Shown here: positions 49,528-61,700 of the stretch, one piece after another | Layout of the letters: every line of letters starts with the position of its first letter | Position numbering within the stretch: position 1 is the first letter of the stretch | Assembly: GCA_965261685.1 (NCBI GenBank) | Contig: CBDHDI010000019.1 | Location: 78,005 to 142,004 of the forward strand | From: Dehalococcoidia bacterium | GTDB taxonomy: Bacteria; Chloroflexota; Dehalococcoidia; UBA2979 | Reading direction: 5' to 3' | DNA: 64,000 bases | Made by a program: the position numbers and the translations under genes | Notes under the pieces: generated by a model | Told to the model about the DNA's origin: nothing | Database searches by the model: none | What the model saw: only the letters and a program-made list of their open reading frames with translations

Positions 49528-51158
49528 GTCCCGAGCGCGACCTGCTACGACTGCTCGCCGCGATGCCCTTCCTCGACCGGCTGGAGATGGTCGCCGTCTC
49601 CGGCTGGTCGCGGGGTGCGGTCTACGGGAGCATCGAGGCGATCGAGCAGGCGGGGCTGGTCGCCTCCGTACCACACGCCTCGGAGCTCATCCCCTCGACT
49701 CGCCGCTACTGCCTCACGGCTGCCGGCCTGCGCCGCCTCGCCCGCGACGAGGACGTGAGCGTGGACGATCTGCTCCGGCTGCAGCCCGTCTCGGAGCAGT
49801 GGCGGCGTCTCCTCCTCCAGCGGCTCGACGCCGTCGCAGCGATCTACCGCCTCGCGGGGGCGGTCTCCGACGTCGCCTACCCGATCCGCTTCCGCTGGTA
49901 CCGGGCCATGCCCATGGACGCCGCGATCGCACTCCCCGACGGTCGCACCGTGGCCGTCGTCCGGCAGGGCCACACGGCCGACCGCACGGCCTTTGCCAAG
50001 CGGCTGTGGCGGCTGCGCGAGGGACCGCGGCTCGGTGCGTTCCTGGTGCTCGTCCCGGACGAGGTGCGCCTGCGCCACACCGCCCGTCTGATGGCCGGCG
50101 CGCCCGCGATCACCTTCCTCGCCCAGGAACGGGACCTCGTCTCCGCTGGAACAGGCTCGCGCATCTGGCGCACGCCGTCGGGCTCGCCTCCCCTCGCGCT
50201 CGACGAGGTCCTGTCGCACGCCACGCCGGGAGGCGCGTGGCCCGAGGAGCGGCCGCTCAAGCGAGCCTCACTGCCACCGCCGCTCCCCGACCCGGGCGAG
50301 CGCGACACTCCCGACTGGCTCCTGCCCAGCGCGATCGGACTCGCCTCGAAACGCGCCCTCGACCTGGTCGGCGACTGGCCCTGGATCACGCCGCATGACC
50401 TCGGCGGACTCCTCGGCGTCTCCGGCCGACGAGTCGCGCAGCTCGTGCTTCCACTCGCGGACACGGGGCTCCTGACTCGCGCCGGAGGCGGCCGCCTCGC
50501 CCTCAGCGACCGCGCGCTCGCCCTGCTCGCCCGTCGCGACCGCGCCGCCGTCGGTCTGGCGCGCAGGCGCTGGAGCGTCGAGCCCTCGGACCCGAACGGC
50601 CCGCTCACCTGGCGGAACGTCTCCGGCAGGCGCATCCGCCAGTTGCTCCGCCACCTGGAACACACCGCGGCCGTCCACGGCTTCGTCGCTGCGCTGGCGA
50701 CGCAGGCCCGCGAGCAAGGCTGGGAAGTCGCCCAACTCGACCCGCCGCACCGGGCATCCCGCTACTTCCGCCACGACAGTCGGCTGCACTCCGTCCACCC
50801 CGACGCGTTCGGAATCCTGCGCCGCGCCGACGCGACCTGGCCATTCTTCCTCGAGTGGGAGCGGCGCGCGGTGCGCCCCGTCACGATGGCGGCCCGGCTC
50901 GCCCCCTACCTCCGCTACTACGCCTCGGCCCGCCCCACCGATGACCACGGCGCCCGTCCCGCCGTCCTCGTGGTCTTCGAGGATGCACTCGCGGCGAGCC
51001 ACTTTCTGCGCGTGTCGCGGCGGGAGGGGGAGCGCGCTGGGGTCGACGTGCCGCTTTGGGTCTCTCGCAGGCGGCTGGTTGATGAAGAGGGACCGCTCGG
51101 TCCGGCGTGGTTTGAGTCACGCACTCTGGAACCCGGTCTCAGTCCGCGATGCCTCTGA
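49524..51158 (+). CDS. Replication-relaxation (Replic_Relax) family protein, candidate relaxase/mobilisation protein
   Basis: 544 aa from a TTG start coupled to the T4CP stop. Two wHTH-like segments (LLRLLAAMPFLDRLEMVAV...GLV and ITPHDLGGLLGVSGRRVAQLVLPLADTGLL) fit the Replic_Relax family seen in actinobacterial conjugative elements. Confidence 0.55.
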   Translation: MSPERDLLRLLAAMPFLDRLEMVAVSGWSRGAVYGSIEAIEQAGLVASVPHASELIPSTRRYCLTAAGLRRLARDEDVSVDDLLRLQPVSEQWRRLLLQRLDAVAAIYRLAGAVSDVAYPIRFRWYRAMPMDAAIALPDGRTVAVVRQGHTADRTAFAKRLWRLREGPRLGAFLVLVPDEVRLRHTARLMAGAPAITFLAQERDLVSAGTGSRIWRTPSGSPPLALDEVLSHATPGGAWPEERPLKRASLPPPLPDPGERDTPDWLLPSAIGLASKRALDLVGDWPWITPHDLGGLLGVSGRRVAQLVLPLADTGLLTRAGGGRLALSDRALALLARRDRAAVGLARRRWSVEPSDPNGPLTWRNVSGRRIRQLLRHLEHTAAVHGFVAALATQAREQGWEVAQLDPPHRASRYFRHDSRLHSVHPDAFGILRRADATWPFFLEWERRAVRPVTMAARLAPYLRYYASARPTDDHGARPAVLVVFEDALAASHFLRVSRREGERAGVDVPLWVSRRRLVDEEGPLGPAWFESRTLEPGLSPRCL

Positions 51159-51452
51159 ACCCGAGCGCGGCAGGGCTAGCGATGCGGCGGCACCAACATC
51201 GGCGATAGCCCGGGCCGGGTCAACGACGCCGATGAGCCTGCGCTGGAATCACTCAAGTGGACCGTCCCGGCTGCAATCGGGTCGCCGCCGCCCTCGATCC
51301 CCTGGAGCTCACCAACGACTTCCAGGTTGGGGCGGAGTCGGGACGGCGTCGGGTGAAGCGGCTGGGATCGAACATGAGAGACTTGTCGTCGGCATGGCGG
51401 GGCGCGAGCGCAAGGCCGAAGCGCGGATCGCGCAGAAGCGGAGAGAGGCGGC

Positions 51453-51905
51453 ATGATGCCAAGCCGTATCGAGATTCAATACAGAAGGATCGGCCCCTGG
51501 GAAGTACCGATCGCATGGACAGCCGCCTACAGATGGCCGCTGTACGTCCATGTCAGCGCGGAGGACGGTGTCTTCACCCAAGGGCACAAGACGCAGGGAG
51601 ATTGGCAGCAGAAGATTGCCACCGCCGTCACGTCCGAACGTGACAGGAAGTATCCTGACTTTGCAGGATCGTGGTCTGGCCGTTGGAGCCTGTCGATCGC
51701 ACTCAGTCTTCAGCGCGAGAGCCAAGGCCGGGACGTAGACAACTTTGCAAAGCCGATCGTCGACGCCGTCGCTGACGGTCTCGGATTCCCAGACGACTCG
51801 TGCTTCAAGACTCTGTTCGTCCATGTGATCTCAGAGCATGCAGGAATCACAGGGAATGATGGGCCGGGTGTTGCGATCTGCGTAGCTCAGGACCTCACCA
51901 CGTAG
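51453..51905 (+). CDS. rusA: RusA-family Holliday-junction resolvase
   Basis: 150 aa with DVDNFAKPIVDAVADGLGFPDD, the D.DN..K...DAL signature of RusA. Confidence 0.75.
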   Translation: MMPSRIEIQYRRIGPWEVPIAWTAAYRWPLYVHVSAEDGVFTQGHKTQGDWQQKIATAVTSERDRKYPDFAGSWSGRWSLSIALSLQRESQGRDVDNFAKPIVDAVADGLGFPDDSCFKTLFVHVISEHAGITGNDGPGVAICVAQDLTT

Positions 51906-52607
51906 ATCGTTCGGGAATAGGAAACGTTGGTCAGCCCGTCCTCATCGGCTATCGCCGAGATGTCCGCCGTCAACGTCTTTCCCACCTGGGGCGTCCCGCT
52001 GACGGTGGGCGAGCCAGTGGACGCAGTATTGGGCTTGGCCGCCACCTCGTCATTGGCCGCGCTGGTCAGGGACTCGACGTTATCAGCATCGTCCGTGAAG
52101 CTCACCTTCACCTTGATGGTCTTGCCTTGGTCGGCGGTCACAAGGGAGTCGGTGGAGGCCGTCTGGCCACCAATATCGGCGTCGATGCTCCCGTCGTTCC
52201 GAATCCACTGGTAGCTGTAGGAAACATTGGTTAGCCCGTCGGCGTCGGATATGCCCGACGTGTCCGCCGTCAGCGTTCCGCCCACCTGGGGCGTACCGCT
52301 GGTCGTCGGAGAGCCCGTCGCCGCCGAGTTCACGCTGGCTACTGGGTCCCGGATCGTCCCGACCCCCCCTTACCTTCTCTGCACGGCCTCAGGAGCGTCT
52401 GAGACCGGGTTCCGCAGGTAGAGGAGGAACGTCTCCCCGTCGTCCTCCACCTAGTCGGCGAGGATCGGCACGGACACCGTCTTGGTGGTCTCTCCGGGTT
52501 CGAAGGTCAGCGTGCCATTCGTAGAGGTGTAATTCGACCCCGACGCGGCCGTGTACTCGAGGCCGACGACGGCATAAACGACGGCCACCATGCCAGGGAA
52601 CCAGCAT
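51887..52607 (-). pseudogene. Degenerate fragment encoding bacterial Ig-like/cadherin-like ~70-aa repeats, probably a frameshifted remnant
   Basis: The repeat TLTADISAIADEDGLTNVSYSYQWIRNDGSIDADIGGQTASTDSLVTADQGKTIKVKVSFTDDADN occurs twice. The frame breaks near a C-run at ~52353. There is no credible start. Confidence 0.35.
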
Positions 52608-52711
52608 CAGTCACGCAGCGCGTTGGCCGTCAGCTCGCCGCCGACGAAGCGTGCGCCGTGCTTCGCCGGGAGGCGCGCGCCTCGTGGTGCTGACGCTGTG
52701 TGAGTGAACCG

Positions 52712-55700
52712 CTACCGGCTTGCCGCGCCGGTTTGACTCCCATCAGCCGCAGGCACCGGATCCTTCGCGACCAGTGGCGTGACAGCAGGCAGGCCGTCCG
52801 GGAACAGCTCGGCGAACGACCGATTCACGAACTCAGGTGCGCCGAGGATGTACGAGATCCACTCCCCGCCCGCGAGGGTATACACGGCTGTGACTCCTCG
52901 GTCCTGCGCGCACGCCGCCAGGTCGTCGACGCTGCCGCCCTCGTAGAGCACCAGGCTGAACCCCTCCGCGATCTCACCCCGCAGACACTCGGGCCAGGGC
53001 TGTGGCATGCCGGTATCGCCCATCGGATCCTCGCTGGGAGGCCCGTTGCTCCCGGCGATCAGCGGTGTGAGAGCGGGCACGCCGTCGGCGTACAGCTCCG
53101 TGAACCCCGCATTGACGAAGTCCGGCGCACCGAGGATGTATGGGATGTAGACGCCCTCGTGCAGCGCGTAGAGCGCGACTACATCCCGGCTCTCTGCGCA
53201 GGCCACCAGTTCCTCGACCGGGCCGCCCTCATAGACCACAAAGCTGAAGCCTTCGGCGATGTCGCCGCGCAGACAGGTCGTAGATGAGCGAACGCGGTAG
53301 ACGCGGGTGCGGCTACCGTCGGCCGAGGTGACGGTGACGGTGATCGCGTCGATGCCTTCCAGCTCCACTTGGTAGCCGTCGGTGTCGTCGCCGTTGGCGT
53401 CAAGCGGGTGGATCTCGACGTTCGTGCGGCGCTGCATCGCTGCGGCCTCGACCGTCGTCTCGGTCACGCCCTCGGCGATGACGCCCTGGTAGTCGATGGC
53501 GCCAGGGTCGAACTCCCCGATGTCGACGCCGCTGAGCGTGAGTGAGGCGAGGCGCGCGTCGATGGCGTCGGGCATGTTGTAGGTGTAGACCCTGGCGTCG
53601 CTCTGGTCGGCGACGTACATCACGTCGCCGTCGGACCAGATGCCGCGCGGGCTGTTGTTACTGGCGCGCGAGAGCAGGGTGAACTCCTCGTCCGTGACAC
53701 GCTCCAGCTCGAGAGCCTCTTCCGCTTCCGCGTCGCCCGCGTCATCCTGCTGCGCGCTCGCGTCCTCCTGCGCGTCGTCCGCTTCCGCGCTCGTGTCCTC
53801 CTGCGCGTCGTCCGCTTCCGCGCTCGTGTCCTCCTGCGCCTCGGGCACGGGGAGGCGGTAGGCGAAGAGGCGCTTGGCGCCGTGGTCGGAGACCCAGACG
53901 CTGACGCCGTCGGACCAGATGCCGTGAGGGGTGTCGTTGTCGTCGTGCAGGGCGTACTCCGCGAGCAACTCGCCGCTTTCGAGGTCGTAGGCGAACAGGG
54001 CGTCGTCGCGGCCATCGAGCACCCACATCGCCGAGCGGTCCGACCAGATGCCGCGCGCGTCGTCGTTGTCAGGGTGCAGTTGGAGGTCGGAGTCGGGAAG
54101 GCGCTCGCCGCTCCCGAGGTCGTGGGCGAAGAGCTTGTCCTGGCCGCTGTCGGAGATCCAGACGGTGCTGCGGTTGGACCAGACGCCCCGCGGAGCGCGG
54201 TTGGCGTCGTCGAGTTCGAACTCGAGATCCTCCACGCGTTCGCCGCTCTCGAGGTCGTAGGCGTAGACGGCGTCGTCGGCGCCGTCGCCGTTGTGGGCGA
54301 GCCACAGCGTCGTGCCGTCGGACCACATGCCTGTGGCCTCGTCGTGACCACGGTCGAGCGCTTCAATGTCGTGCTTCACGTTCCACTCAAAGTCGACGTC
54401 GCTCGGCGTGGGCCCGGAAGACCCGCCGCCACCGCCGCCACCGCCGCCACCGCCGCCGGTCCCCGGCGAACTGTCCTGCTCGGTGATCGTGATCATCGCC
54501 TCGTGGATGGCGCCCGTGCTGACGCCCCGCGGCATCGCATCGAGACTGAGCAACACCCGCTCGCCGCTGTCGGCTTCGTCGTCATCCAGCGCGCCAAAGC
54601 CAAACGACTGTTCGGTCTCCCCGCTCGCGAAGGTGACCTGATCCGGCAATGGCGAGTAGTCGTCGTCGCTGGCGCCCTCGTAGTGCTCGGTATCGATGCG
54701 CACGGTCACGCTTCGCTCCGGATCACGATCGAGGGTCACGTTGATCGTGACACTGTCGCCTTCGGACACCAGGTACTCGGCGCGCTCGAAGCTGACCACG
54801 ACCTGAGGCTCCTCGTCATCGACCGAGCTGACGGTGATGCTGCGAGCGCTAACCCCCGTGTAGTCGGCGCCGCTCACGGTGTGGGTGATGGTCCCCATGT
54901 CGTCGGTGGAGTCGTCGTCCTGTGCCACCGAGACGGTGACCGTGCGCGCCGCGCTCCAGTTGCCGGCCGTGAAGCTGAGCGACTGCGGATCAACCCTGAA
55001 GTCCGATCCGGCAGGCCCCTCGACCGTTACCAGCACCTCGCCCGTGGGAGCGCTGTCCAGGACGATCGTGTAGGTCGCACTTCCACCTTCGGCGATGCTC
55101 AGCTCAGACTCGCTCACCGTCACCCCTCGGCCATCGTTGTCCTCGATCGACACGATCGCCGTGGTTGTGCCGCGGGCGCTCACCCGATCGGGCAGCGGGC
55201 CGAAGCCCAGTTCGACACTCTCGTCGTCGTCGTCCACCGTGTCGTCGATCGCGCTGAAGGTGATCGTCTTCGACATCTCGGTCGCATTGAAGGTGACGCT
55301 GGCCGGCACGACCGAGTAGTCGCTACCGGTTGCGCCGTTCTCGGTCCGGGTGATCGGGATCTCCACCGTGCGTTCGGGCTCGGCGTCCAGCTCGACCGTG
55401 ACCGTGACGTCGCCGCCCTCCGCCACGCTGTAGCGCGACTTCACGAAGCTGACCCGAACCTCGGGGTCGTCGTCGTCGTCGATCGCCACAGTGGTCGTTG
55501 GGGTGGAACCCGCCAAGACCCGGTCAACGTTCCGGAGATCGAAACCCAACGTCACGCGTTCGCCGTCGTCGTCCAGCGTGTCGTCTTCCGCCATGAAGCT
55601 GATCGTCTTCGACATCTCGGTCGCATTGAAGGTGACGCTGGCCGGCACGACCGAGTAGTCGCCTGAGAACCCGTCCTTCTGGGGGGTCTGGGTGATCGGG

Positions 55701-58700
55701 ATCACCACCGTGCGTTCGGGCTCGGCGTCCAGCTCGACCGTGACCGTGACCGTGCCGCCCTCCGCCACGCTGTAGCTCGACTGCGCGAAGCTGACGGTGA
55801 CCTCGGGGACGTCTCCGTCGGCGATCGCCACCTCCGTCGTGCGCGGCGTTCCCGCGACGACCCGCTCGACCTCCTCGAGATCGAAGCTCAACGTCACGCT
55901 TTCGCCGTCGTCGTCCAGCGAGTCCTGTGTGGCGGCGAAGCTGAATGTCTTCCGTGTCTCGGTCGCATTGAAGGTGACGCTGGCCGGCACGCCCGAGTAG
56001 TCGCTACCGGTTGCGCCGTTCTCGGTCCGGGTGATCGGGATCTCCACCGTGCGTTCGGGCTCGGCGTCCAGCTCGACCGTGACCGTGACCGTGCCGCCCT
56101 CTGCCACGCTGTAGCTCGACTGCGCGAAGCTGACCGTCACCTCGGGGTCGTCGTCGTCGATGATCTCCACCTCCGTCGCGCTCGGCGTCCCCTCCAGGAC
56201 CCGATCGTCGGGCAGCGGGCCGAAGCCCAGTTCGACACTCTCGTCGTCGTCGTCCACCGTGTCGTCGATCGCGCTGAAGGTGATCGTCTTCGATGTCTCC
56301 TCGGCCGCATTGAAGGTGATACTTGCCGGCACGACCGAGTAGTCGCCTGAGGACGCGCCGTTCGGGGTCCCGGTGATCGGGATCACCACCGTACGTTCGG
56401 GGTCGTCGCTCAGCTCGACCGTGACGGTGACGTCGCCGCCCTCCACCACGCTGTAGCGCGACTTCACGAACCTGACGCTGACCTCGGGGTCGTCGTCGTC
56501 GTCGATCGCCACAGTGGTCGTTGGGGTGGAACCCGCAAAGACCCGGTCAACGTTCCGGAGATCGAAACCCAACGTCACGCGTTCGCCGTCGTCGTCCAGC
56601 GTGTCGTCTTCCACCATGAAGGTGATCGTCTTCGACATCTCGGTCGCATTGAAGGTGATACTTGCCGGCACGACCGAGTAGTCGCCTGAGAACCCGTCCT
56701 TCTGGGGGGTCTGGGTGATCGGGATCACCACCGTGCGCTCGGGCTCGGCGTCCAGCTCGACCGTGACCGTGACCGTGCCGCCCTCCGCCACGCTGTAGCT
56801 CGACTGCGCGAAGCTGACGGTAACCTCGGGGACGTCTCCGTCGGCGATCGCCACCTCCGTCGTGCGCTGCGTTCCCGCGACGACCCGCTCGACTTCCTGG
56901 AGATCGAAGCTCAATGTCACGCTTTCGTCGTCGTCGTCCAGCGAGTCCTGTGTGGCGGCGAAGCTGAATGTCTTCCGTGTCTCGGTCGCATTGAAGGTGA
57001 CGCTGGCCGGCACGCCCGAGTAGTCGCTACCGGTTGCGCCGTTCTCGGTCCGGGTGATCGGGATCACCACCGTGCGTTCGGGCTCGGCGTCCAGCTCGAC
57101 CGTGACCGTGACCGAACTGCCCTCCCCGACCCTGTAGCTCGACAGCGCGAAGCTGACCCTAACCTCGGGGTCGTCGTCGTCGATGATCGCCACCGTCGTC
57201 GCGCTCGGCGTCCCCTCGAAGACCCGATCGACGTTCTGGAGATCGAAACTCAACCTCACGCTCTCGTCGTCGTCGTCCAGCGTGTCCTGTGTGGCGGCGA
57301 AGCTGAATGTCTTCGATCTCTCGGTCGCGTTGAAGCTGACGCTGGCCGGCACGCCCGAGTAGTCGCCGCCGGTTGCGCCGCCCTGGTTGTCCACGCTGAT
57401 CGGGATCTCCACCGTGCGTTCGGGCTCGACGTCCAGCTCGACCGTGACGGTGACCGTGCCGCCCTCCGCCACGCTGTAGCTCGACTGCGCGAAACTGACC
57501 CGAACCTCGGGGTCGTCGTTGTCGATGATCGCCACCGTCGTCGCGCTCGGCGTTCCCCCGAAGACCCGATCGACGTTCTGGAGATCGAAACTCAACCTCA
57601 CGCTCTCGTCGTCGTCGTCCACCGTGTCCTGTGTAGCGGCGAAGCTGAATGTCTTCGATCTCTCGGTCGCGTTGAAGCTGACGCTGGCCGGCACGCCCGA
57701 GTAGTCGCCGCCGGTTGCGCCGCCCTGGTTGTCCACGCTGATCGGGATCTCCACCGTGCGTTCGGGGTCGGCGTCCAGCTCGACCGTGACGGTGACCGTG
57801 CCGCCCTCGTCGACCCTGTAGCTCGACTCCCCGAAACTGACCGTCACCTCAGGGTCGTCGTCGTCGATGATCGCCACCGTCGTCGCGCTCGGCGTTCCGC
57901 CGGAGACCCGTTCGGGCAGCGCGCCGAAGCTCAGCTCCACGCTCTCGTCGTCGTCGTCCAGCGTGTCCTGTGTGGCGGCAAAGTTGAATGTCTTCGACCT
58001 GTCGGTCGCATGGAAGGTGATGCTGGCCGGCACGCCCGAGTAGTCGCCACCGCTCGCGCCGTTCCGGGTCCGGGTGATCGGGATCTCCACCGTGCGTTCG
58101 GGGTCGGCGTCCAGCTCGACCGTGACGGTGACCGTGCCGCCCTCGTCGACCTCGTAGCTCGACAGCGCGAAACTGACCGTCACCTCAGGGTCGTCGTCGT
58201 CGATGATCGCCACCGTCGTCGTGCTCTGCGTCCCCGCCGAGACCCGCGCATCCGGCATCGAACCGAAGCCCAGCTGCACGCTCTCGTCGTCGTCGTCCAG
58301 CGTGTCCTGTGTGGCGGCGAAGTTGAATGTCTTCCGTGTCTCGGTCGCGTTGAAGCTGACGCTGGACGGCACGCCCGAGTAGTCGCCACCGCTCGCGCCG
58401 TTCCGGGTCTGGGTGATCGGGATCACCACCGTGCGTTCGGGCTCGACGTCCAGCTCGAGGGTGACCGTGACCGCGCCGCCCTCGTCGACCCTGTAGCTCG
58501 ACAGCGCGAAGCTGACCCGAACCTCGGGGTCGTCGTCGTCGATGATCGCCACCGTCGTCTCCGGGGTGGCGCCCGTGGCGACACCCAGGGGCAACGGCGA
58601 ACCAAAGCTCAACCTCACGCTCTCGTCGTCGTCGTCCAGCGTGTCCTGTGTGGCGGCGAAGTTGATCGTCTTCGATGTCTCGGTCGCATTGAACGTGACG

Positions 58701-61700
58701 CTGGTCGGCACGACCGTGTAGTCGGCACCGCTCGCGCCGTCCTGGGTCCGGCTGATCGGGATCACCACCGTGCGCTCAGGGTCCTTGCTCAACGTGACCG
58801 TGATGCTGATCTCGCTGCCCTCACGCACGGTGTAGGAGGGTAGGTCGTAGCTGACCCTGACCTGTGGATCTTCGTCGTCAATCACCTTCACCGAGACGGA
58901 ATTGGCGGTCTCCGAGGCATAGTCCGCGCCACTGACCGTATGCGTGATCGTGTCCTGGTCGTCGATGTCGTCGATGTCTTGGCCAGCAGAGACACGAACC
59001 TCCTGCGGTGTGTCCCAGTCGGCGGATCTGAACGTGAGGCTCGTCTGGTTCACGCTCAGGTCGAGGTTGTCCGGCGCCACGACGGTCACGGTCACATTGC
59101 CGCCCAGGGGCTCGCTGTCGAGCACCACCCGGTAGGTATCTTCGCTGCCTTCGTCGATCCTCAGCGAAGTCGGTGTCACGGTCACGCCACGCATGTCGTC
59201 GTCGATGATCGCCACCGTCGTCGCGCTCGGCGTTCCGCCGGAGACCCGATCGGGCGGCGCGCCGAAACTCAACCTCACGCTCTCGTCGTCGTCGTCCAGC
59301 CTGTCCTGTGTAGCGGCGAAGCTGAATGTCTTCCGTGTCTCGGTCGCATTGAAGGTGATGCTGGCCGGCACGCCCGAGTAGTCGCTACCGGTTGCGCCGT
59401 TCCGGGTCCGGGTGATCGGGATCTCCACCGTGCGTTCGGGGTCGGCGTCCAGCTCGACCGTGACGGTGACCGTGCCGCCCTCGTCGACCTCGTAGCTCGA
59501 CAGCGCGAAACTGACCGTCACCTCAGGGTCGTCGTCGTCGATGATCGCCACCGTCGTCGTGCTCTGCGTCCCCGCCGAGACCCGCGCATCCGGCATCGAA
59601 CCGAAGCCCAGCTGCACGCTCTCGTCGTCGTCGTCCAGCGTGTCCTGTGTGGCGGCGAAGTTGAATGTCTTCCGTGTCTCGGTCGCGTTGAAGCTGACGC
59701 TGGACGGCACGCCCGAGTAGTCGCCACCGCTCGCGCCGTTCCGGGTCTGGGTGATCGGGATCACCACCGTGCGTTCGGGCTCGACGTCCAGCTCGAGGGT
59801 GACCGTGACCGCGCCGCCCTCGTCGACCCTGTAGCTCGACTCCCCGAAACTGACCGTCACCTCAGGGTCGTCGTCGTCGATGATCGCCACCGTCGTCGCG
59901 CTCGGCGTTCCGCCGGAGACCCGTTCGGGCAGCGCGCCGAAGCTCAGCTCCACGCTCTCGTCGTCGTCGTCCACCGTGTCCTGTGTGGCGGCGAAGTTGA
60001 ATGTCTTCGATCTCTCGGTCGCGTTGAAGCTGACGCTGGCCGGCACGCCCGAGTAGTCGCCGCCGGTTGCGCCGCCCTGGTTGTCCACGCTGATCGGGAT
60101 CACCACCGTGCGTTCGGGATCGGCGTCCAGCTCGACCATGACCGTGACCGCGCCGCCCTCGTCGACCCTGTAGCTCGACTCCCCGAAACTGACCGTCACC
60201 TCAGGGTCGTCGTCGTCGATGATCGCCACCGTCGTCGCGCTCGGCGTTCCGCCGGAGACCCGTTCGGGCAGCGCGCCGAAGCTCAGCTCCACGCTCTCGG
60301 CGTCGTCGTCCTCCGTGTCCTGTGTGGCGGCGAAGTTGATCGTCTTCGACGTCTGGCCCGCATTGAAGGTGATGCTGGCCGGCACGCCCGAGTAGTCGCC
60401 ACCGCTCGCGCCGCCCTGGTTGTCCACGCTGATCGGGATCACCACCGTGCGTTCGGGGTCGGCGTCCAGCTCGACCGTGACGGTGACCGTGCCGCCCTCG
60501 TCAACCCTGTAGCTCGACTCCCCGAAACTGACCGTCACCTCAGGGTCGTCGTCGTCGATGATCGCCACCGTCGTCGCGCTCGGCGTCCCCGCCGAGACCC
60601 GCGCGTCCGGCATCGAACCGAAGCTGAGCTCCACGCTCTCGTCGTCGTCGTCCAGCGTGTCCTGTGTGGCGGCGAAGTTGAATGTCTTCGATCTGTCGGT
60701 CGCATGGAAGGTGACGCTGGCCGGCACGCCCGAGTAGTCGCCGAGGGACGCGCCGTTCCGGGTCTGGGTGATCGGGATCACCACCGTGCGTTCGGGCTCG
60801 ACGTCCAGCTCGACCGTGACGGTGACCGTGCCGCCCTCGTCGACCTCGTAGCTCGACTGCGCGAAGCTGACCCGGACAATGGGGTCGTCGTCGTCGATGA
60901 TCGCCACCGTCGTCGCGCTCGGCGTCCCCTCGACGACCCGGTCGACTTCCTGGAGATCGAAGCTCAACCTCACGCTTTCGTCGTCGTCGTCCACCGTGTC
61001 CTGTGTGGCGGCGAAGTGGATCGTCTTCGACGTCTGGCCCGCATTGAAGGTGATGCTGGCCGGCACGCCCGAGTAGTCGCCACCGCTCGCGCCGTTCCGG
61101 GTCTGGGTGATCGGGATCACCACCGTGCGTTCGGGGTCGGCGTCCAGCTCGACCATGACCGTGACCGCGCCGCCCTCGTCGACCCTGTAGCTCGACTCCC
61201 CGAAACTGACCGTCACCTCAGGGTCGTCGTCGTCGATGATCGCCACCGTCGTCGCGCTCGGCGTTCCGCCGGAGACCCGTTCGGGCAGCGCGCCGAAGCT
61301 CAGCTCCACGCTCTCGTCGTCGTCGTCCTCCGTGTCCTGTGTGGCGGCGAAGTTGATCGTCTTCGACGTCTGGCCCGCATTGAAGGTGATGCTGGCCGGC
61401 ACGCCCGAGTAGTCGCCGCCGGTTGCGCCGCCCTGGTTGTCCACGCTGATCGGGATCTCCACCGTGCGTTCGGGGTCGGCGTCCAGCTCGACCGTGACCG
61501 CGACCGTGCCGCCCTCGTCAACCCTGTAGCTCGACTCCCCGAAACTGACCGTCACCTCAGGGTCGTCGTCGTCGATGATCGCCACCGTCGTCGCGCTCGG
61601 CGTCCCCGCCGAGACCCGCGCGTCCGGCATCGAACCGAAGCTGAGCTCCACGCTCTCGTCGTCGTCGTCCAGCGTGTCCTGTGTGGCGGCGAAGTTGAAT

